Positions 16,499-19,987 of a DNA stretch of 19,987 bases are shown here, piece by piece. The stretch lies in contig JBHIAC010000047.1 in NCBI GenBank assembly GCA_046758365.1, forward strand, positions 1 to 19,987, written 5' to 3'. This stretch comes from a bacterium (GTDB lineage Bacteria; Zhuqueibacterota; Zhuqueibacteria; Oceanimicrobiales; Oceanimicrobiaceae). The translations under genes were made by a program, and so were the position numbers. Positions within the stretch are counted from its first letter, which is position 1. Every line of letters starts with the position of its first letter. Below the pieces are notes generated by a model. It was given only the letters and a program-made list of their open reading frames with translations. It had not been told where the DNA came from and did not search any database.

Positions 16499-16924
16499 TC
16501 ATTTTTTAGCTTCGGCTTTTGATTTTACCGTGCGAGATTTTGCGGCGGCGGGAGACTTTGGTTTAGGTTTTGCCGGTGGCTTTGGCTTAGGTTTAGATTC
16601 AGGTTTGGCTTTTTCTTTAAATTCTTCTTTAGTTCTAACTTTTGCAAGTTCCACATTTTTATCTTGAAGCTCTTTTTCAAAATTTTTAATTTGCTCAATA
16701 ATATCCATTACAGCTTTCTCGTCTGCTATTTGAGTGTTATTTTTTTCTGCAATCAAATGATAAACTTTTCCACCGAGTTCGGTAAAGTTTTTTTCAATTT
16801 TTCTTTTAATATTTAATATATCTACTTTAATTCTTCCTATTTTTGTTAACTCTTCGGTTTTTTCTACAACCGCATCTACCCCTTCTTTAATGGTTTTGGT
16901 AATATCATCCCATAAATTTGCCAT
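16499..16924 (-). CDS. Hypothetical coiled-coil protein (141 aa) with a Lys/Pro/Ala-rich tail
   Basis: AAGGAG RBS; amphipathic helical N-terminal region with ELGGKVY; low-complexity KPESKPKPKPPAKPKPKSPAAAK tail. Confidence 0.8.
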   Translation of the reverse strand: MANLWDDITKTIKEGVDAVVEKTEELTKIGRIKVDILNIKRKIEKNFTELGGKVYHLIAEKNNTQIADEKAVMDIIEQIKNFEKELQDKNVELAKVRTKEEFKEKAKPESKPKPKPPAKPKPKSPAAAKSRTVKSKAEAKK

Positions 16925-16964
16925 TTTTACTCCTTGAAAAAAATGATTTGAGGTTATTCATGAC

Positions 16965-17019
16965 GTTGGTGCAAAAACGGGATAATTTTAATTTTTAGCG
17001 ATCTACTTTTTGCACCTAC
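16965..17019. repeat. Inverted repeat upstream of the 141-aa gene
   Basis: GGTGCAAAAA (16968-16977) and TTTTTGCACC (17007-17016) are perfect 10-bp arms with a 29-nt spacer, extendable to 13 bp with one mismatch. Confidence 0.6.
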
Positions 17020-17091
17020 TTCATTCATTAATTTAAAAAAAATAATCATAATTACTCTAAAAAGCAAGTGAAATAAAAAAGACCCGTTTAT

Positions 17092-17385
17092 CTATGAAAG
17101 TTCAATCTTAATTCCTCCGACCACTTTGGCTACCACATTGTAAAAAAATGCCCCTATTATTCCTGCTATAAATCCCAAGATGCCATAAAAGATTGGTAGC
17201 ACAATAATGGCTGCGGCTCCAAAAAAGCCTGGCATAATCATCCCGGTACCGTAATCGCTCATCATACCACCCAGGGTTAAGGAAAATAAAGTAATTAGGC
17301 CTCCTACTAAAAGTCCAATCAGAGCCAGAGTTGCTCCATAAATTTTACCCAAAGACAGTGGATCAACAGATTTGATGGTTCGCAT
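17092..17385 (-). CDS. Small two-TM membrane protein, DUF3566-like
   Basis: IKSVDPLSLGKI N-terminus, two hydrophobic helices, YNVVAKVVGGIKIEL C-terminus; AAGGAGG RBS. Confidence 0.78.
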   Translation of the reverse strand: MRTIKSVDPLSLGKIYGATLALIGLLVGGLITLFSLTLGGMMSDYGTGMIMPGFFGAAAIIVLPIFYGILGFIAGIIGAFFYNVVAKVVGGIKIELS

Positions 17386-17416
17386 AATGAGTCCCTCCTT
17401 ATGTTTATTAACAGGA

Positions 17417-18121
17417 TTAAAAATTATTTAATTGCAACTTAGTTTTAATCTTTTTAAAGACATCATCAAACATAGGCTGAGTAAGTTTGCCAGTAAAGGT
17501 ATTTTGCTGGCTTGGGTGATAAGAAGCAATCAAAGTAATTTTAGGGTTCAAGAGAATCACAATCCCATGGCCAAATTTGGGTCGTTTGGAATGATTTAAT
17601 TCTCCGATTTCTTTGTAGGCATTGATAACAGCATCGAATGCAATTTTGCCTAAAGCAATGACCACCTGAACATTCTTAAGAATTTCGATTTCTTGAACTA
17701 AATATGGAAAACAATTATTCTTCTCATCTGATGTTGGTTTATTTTGAGGTGGCGCACAGCGAAGAGCAGCGGTGATGTAGCAATTCTTTAAAGAAAGGCC
17801 ATCGTTTTTGTCCATTGAATTGGGTTGATTGGCAAACCCGAATTTGTGCAAAGTACCATACAACCAATCTCCACTGCGGTCTCCAGTAAACATCCGACCG
17901 GTACGATTACCACCATGGGCCGCAGGTGCTAGTCCGACAAGAAGTAGCTTTGCATCAGGGTCTCCAAAACTAGGCAGCGGCTTTCCCCAGTAAGATTCCT
18001 GTGAAAAACGTCGGACTTTCTCCTCTGCAACCTTTTGTCGCCAGTCCACCAGCCGTGGGCATCGTGTGCAGTGAACGACCTGGTTTTGTAATTGAAGGAT
18101 TTGGTTATAGGTCTTCGTCAT
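17417..18121 (-). CDS. udgB: Uracil-DNA glycosylase, family 5 (UdgB type, Fe-S cluster)
   Basis: CTRCPRL, GLAPAAHGGNRTGRMFTGDRSG, RCAPPQNKP...C and YHPSQQNT motifs. Start placed at ATG 18121 (MTKTYNQ) because the upstream TTG extension looks non-homologous; start is uncertain. Confidence 0.9.
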   Translation of the reverse strand: MTKTYNQILQLQNQVVHCTRCPRLVDWRQKVAEEKVRRFSQESYWGKPLPSFGDPDAKLLLVGLAPAAHGGNRTGRMFTGDRSGDWLYGTLHKFGFANQPNSMDKNDGLSLKNCYITAALRCAPPQNKPTSDEKNNCFPYLVQEIEILKNVQVVIALGKIAFDAVINAYKEIGELNHSKRPKFGHGIVILLNPKITLIASYHPSQQNTFTGKLTQPMFDDVFKKIKTKLQLNNF

Positions 18122-18226
18122 TGAATTTTTCTTATCTAATAATTGTAGGTCATAAATGTCCAAAAGGGACTTTCTGAAAATTGTCAAAACAAATGTCAAT
18201 TAGTTCTTTGATCATAATTGACCTGC

Positions 18227-18940
18227 TCAGCTTTTAACTGGCCGACTTTTTTTCTGATACAATCTTGCAAGGTAATCAGGAGAAACTCGGAGCCAGTGTA
18301 AGATGTACAGAAAAGCCATTTTTAAATAGGTACGAATAACCCCACCTGCTCGGAAACGCCGCGAAGAGGTCATCATGCAAGGGGAGGTCATTACCACCCG
18401 CCCTTGTTTTTTTAAACGTCGAGAGAATTCAACATCTTCAAATAAAGCCTGGGGAGGAATACCGCCCACCTCTTCATAACTCTTTCGCTGGGTAAAAATG
18501 CCGTGATCACCATAAAATATTCTTGTATATCGAAATCTTATTTTGTTAACCCACTCAGCAAATTTTAGAATAGGATGCGAATCATCAAATTTGAGTTCAA
18601 AGCCCCCGGCCACAATCCCGTTATTTGATACCGTTGCCACAGCCGCTAAACAGTGCTCAGGGGTTAAACGGCTGTCTGCATGCAAAAAAAAGAGCACCTC
18701 ACCTTTTGATTGTTGTGCCCCTGCACAAAGCTGCTGTCCTCGCCCACGGGAGGCTTTGATCACCTTAACGCCAAACTCTTTGCAAACTTCAACTGAGTTA
18801 TCTACCGATTCCCCATCTACCACGATGCATTCCATAGAAAATGGTAATGAACGCTCACAAATTTTTATATCACGTAAAAGTAATCGGAGTGTTTCTTCTT
18901 CATTCAATACCGGAATGATGATGCTAAGCTTTGGTTTCAT
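18227..18940 (-). CDS. GT2 glycosyltransferase, TIGR04283-type
   Basis: LSIIIPVLNEE, VVDG.S.D, GRGQQL..GA, FLHADS, YGDHGIF, FEDVEFSRRLK and TSSRRF motifs. Confidence 0.85.
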   Translation of the reverse strand: MKPKLSIIIPVLNEEETLRLLLRDIKICERSLPFSMECIVVDGESVDNSVEVCKEFGVKVIKASRGRGQQLCAGAQQSKGEVLFFLHADSRLTPEHCLAAVATVSNNGIVAGGFELKFDDSHPILKFAEWVNKIRFRYTRIFYGDHGIFTQRKSYEEVGGIPPQALFEDVEFSRRLKKQGRVVMTSPCMMTSSRRFRAGGVIRTYLKMAFLYILHWLRVSPDYLARLYQKKSRPVKS

Positions 18941-18973
18941 GGTCTTAATGCCTATTTAAATCAACTCATTTTT

Positions 18974-19783
18974 TTAAATCAATTTTATATGATTTAATGT
19001 CGGTAAAGCCTGACGAACCTTTTTAAGATAATCGAGATCTAATTCGGAAATCACCACGGCTTCATCTTTATCCGGAGCTTTTGCGAGAATAGAACCCCAT
19101 GGGTCCACAATCACGGATTTTCCAAAGCTCGCCCTTAGCCCAAATTTGTGTCCAATCTGGGCTGGTGCCACGATATAACACGTGTTTTCAATAGCGCGGG
19201 CCTTGACCAGGGTCAGCCAATGATCTTTTCCGGTGTGGAGCGTAAAATTGGAAGGTACAAAAATGGTTTGCGCCCCTTTTAGTGCAAGTCTTCGGTATAG
19301 TTCTGGAAAACGTAGATCATAGCAAATGGTGAGGCCAAATTTACCAAAAGAGGTATCCAGCACCTTCACCTCTGAACCCGCTGCCACTTCCTCGGATTCC
19401 CGATGACTTTCTCCCGTTGGCAGATCCACATCAAACAGATGGATTTTTCTATATTCTTCTAAAATCGAACCATCAGGCGCAATAACGTAACAAACATTAA
19501 ATGGCAATTTGGCATTCGGGGTCTTTTCTCGAATGGAGCCTGCCACAATAATGATTTCCCTTTCTTTTGCTAAGTCTCGTATTAGACTTATTTCTTCACC
19601 ACCTTTACTAAAACATCTACTTTTATCTGGGCCTATGTAAAGAAAGTTCTCCGGCACCGCCACAACTTTTGCTCCAGAATTCGCTGCTTCACGAATTAAC
19701 CTTATGGCGGTATTCAAATTTACTTGGACGTCCTCGCGGGAATTCATTTGAATGGCGGCAGCTTTGAATTTATTAAATTTCAT
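18974..19783 (-). CDS. nit1: Carbon-nitrogen hydrolase, Nit1 / deaminated-glutathione amidase type
   Basis: Glu-Lys-Cys triad motifs PENF, YRKIHLFD and ICYDLRFPE; TG..HW..L..ARAIEN; VDPWG. Confidence 0.88.
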   Translation of the reverse strand: MKFNKFKAAAIQMNSREDVQVNLNTAIRLIREAANSGAKVVAVPENFLYIGPDKSRCFSKGGEEISLIRDLAKEREIIIVAGSIREKTPNAKLPFNVCYVIAPDGSILEEYRKIHLFDVDLPTGESHRESEEVAAGSEVKVLDTSFGKFGLTICYDLRFPELYRRLALKGAQTIFVPSNFTLHTGKDHWLTLVKARAIENTCYIVAPAQIGHKFGLRASFGKSVIVDPWGSILAKAPDKDEAVVISELDLDYLKKVRQALPTLNHIKLI

Positions 19784-19828
19784 GTTTAAATAAACTCTAT
19801 TTTAAATTACTGAACAAATCATTTATTA

Positions 19829-19857
19829 AATATAAAATATTCAAACTTATTTGTCAA
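19829..19857 (-). promoter_or_regulatory. Sigma70-type promoter for the nit1-glycosyltransferase(-udgB) run
   Basis: TTGACA (19857-19852), 17-nt spacer, TATATT (19834-19829); 45 bp upstream of the ATG at 19783. Confidence 0.65.
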
Positions 19858-19912
19858 GAAACAGTATTTCGGGTTGAAATAAAATTAGAAAACATTTGCT
19901 TATTTATTTTAT

Positions 19913-19941
19913 TTGACTATTTGTTTTAAAGTCGTTAAATT
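19913..19941 (+). promoter_or_regulatory. Possible divergent sigma70-type promoter
   Basis: TTGACT-17 nt-TAAATT; an ATG at 19977 may start a gene beyond the window. The AT-rich context makes chance matches likely. Confidence 0.3.
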
Positions 19942-19987
19942 TTATATAACAATAGAGTTAATATTTACCTAAAATCATGAATTGTAT

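Noticed and set aside
18122..18199. N-terminal extension of the uracil-DNA glycosylase from a TTG start, and two TTGACA hexamers 12 bp apart
   Set aside because: The extension has no family-like sequence. Neither TTGACA has a convincing -10 at 16-18 nt, so no promoter is called.
18227..18940. Arsenosugar biosynthesis cluster suggested by the TIGR04283-type glycosyltransferase
   Set aside because: No radical SAM (ArsS), arsenite methyltransferase or partner glycosyltransferase genes are in the window, and the family is widespread.
13874..18959. Short ORFs overlapping the housekeeping genes (13874, 14309, 14352, 14606, 15856, 16440, 18543)
   Set aside because: Shadow frames of confidently assigned genes.
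1..19987. CRISPR array, tRNA, rRNA or IS element
   Set aside because: No regularly spaced repeat-spacer units, cloverleaf or rRNA-like sequence, or transposase motifs were seen.

Overview
The window has two halves. Left (1-~11.7 kb, visibly more GC-rich): a co-directional minus-strand array of four large predicted secreted proteins, called A (9110-11716), B (6245-9058), C (3271-6063) and D (95-3250). All start with a 37-aa leader ending C35-Y-A|Q and share a ~210-aa helical domain (DUF4398-like units, recognised from memory). They then carry swappable middle modules (three CARDB-like Ig domains or six LGFP repeats) and swappable C-terminal domains: an M6-like zinc metalloprotease, an H-x-G-D/HKHH domain loosely resembling NPP1/Vps62, or unrecognised domains around a Pro-rich linker. 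Different gene pairs share different segments, including 84-bp and 54-bp identical blocks, so the array looks like a recombining, mix-and-match exoprotein cassette. No recombinase, reverse transcriptase or immunity gene is visible. Right (~12-20 kb, AT-rich): small hypothetical genes and housekeeping-type genes (DUF2851, CapA family, DUF3566, family-5 uracil-DNA glycosylase, TIGR04283-type glycosyltransferase, Nit1-type carbon-nitrogen hydrolase). It also holds an unannotated degenerate paralog of a 67-aa gene and a small protein ending in a TWGxIK motif. Gene content suggests an FCB-group bacterium (KSB1/Calditrichota-like); this is inference only. No rRNA, tRNA, CRISPR array or transposase was seen. 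All family calls are from motif reading, not database searches.
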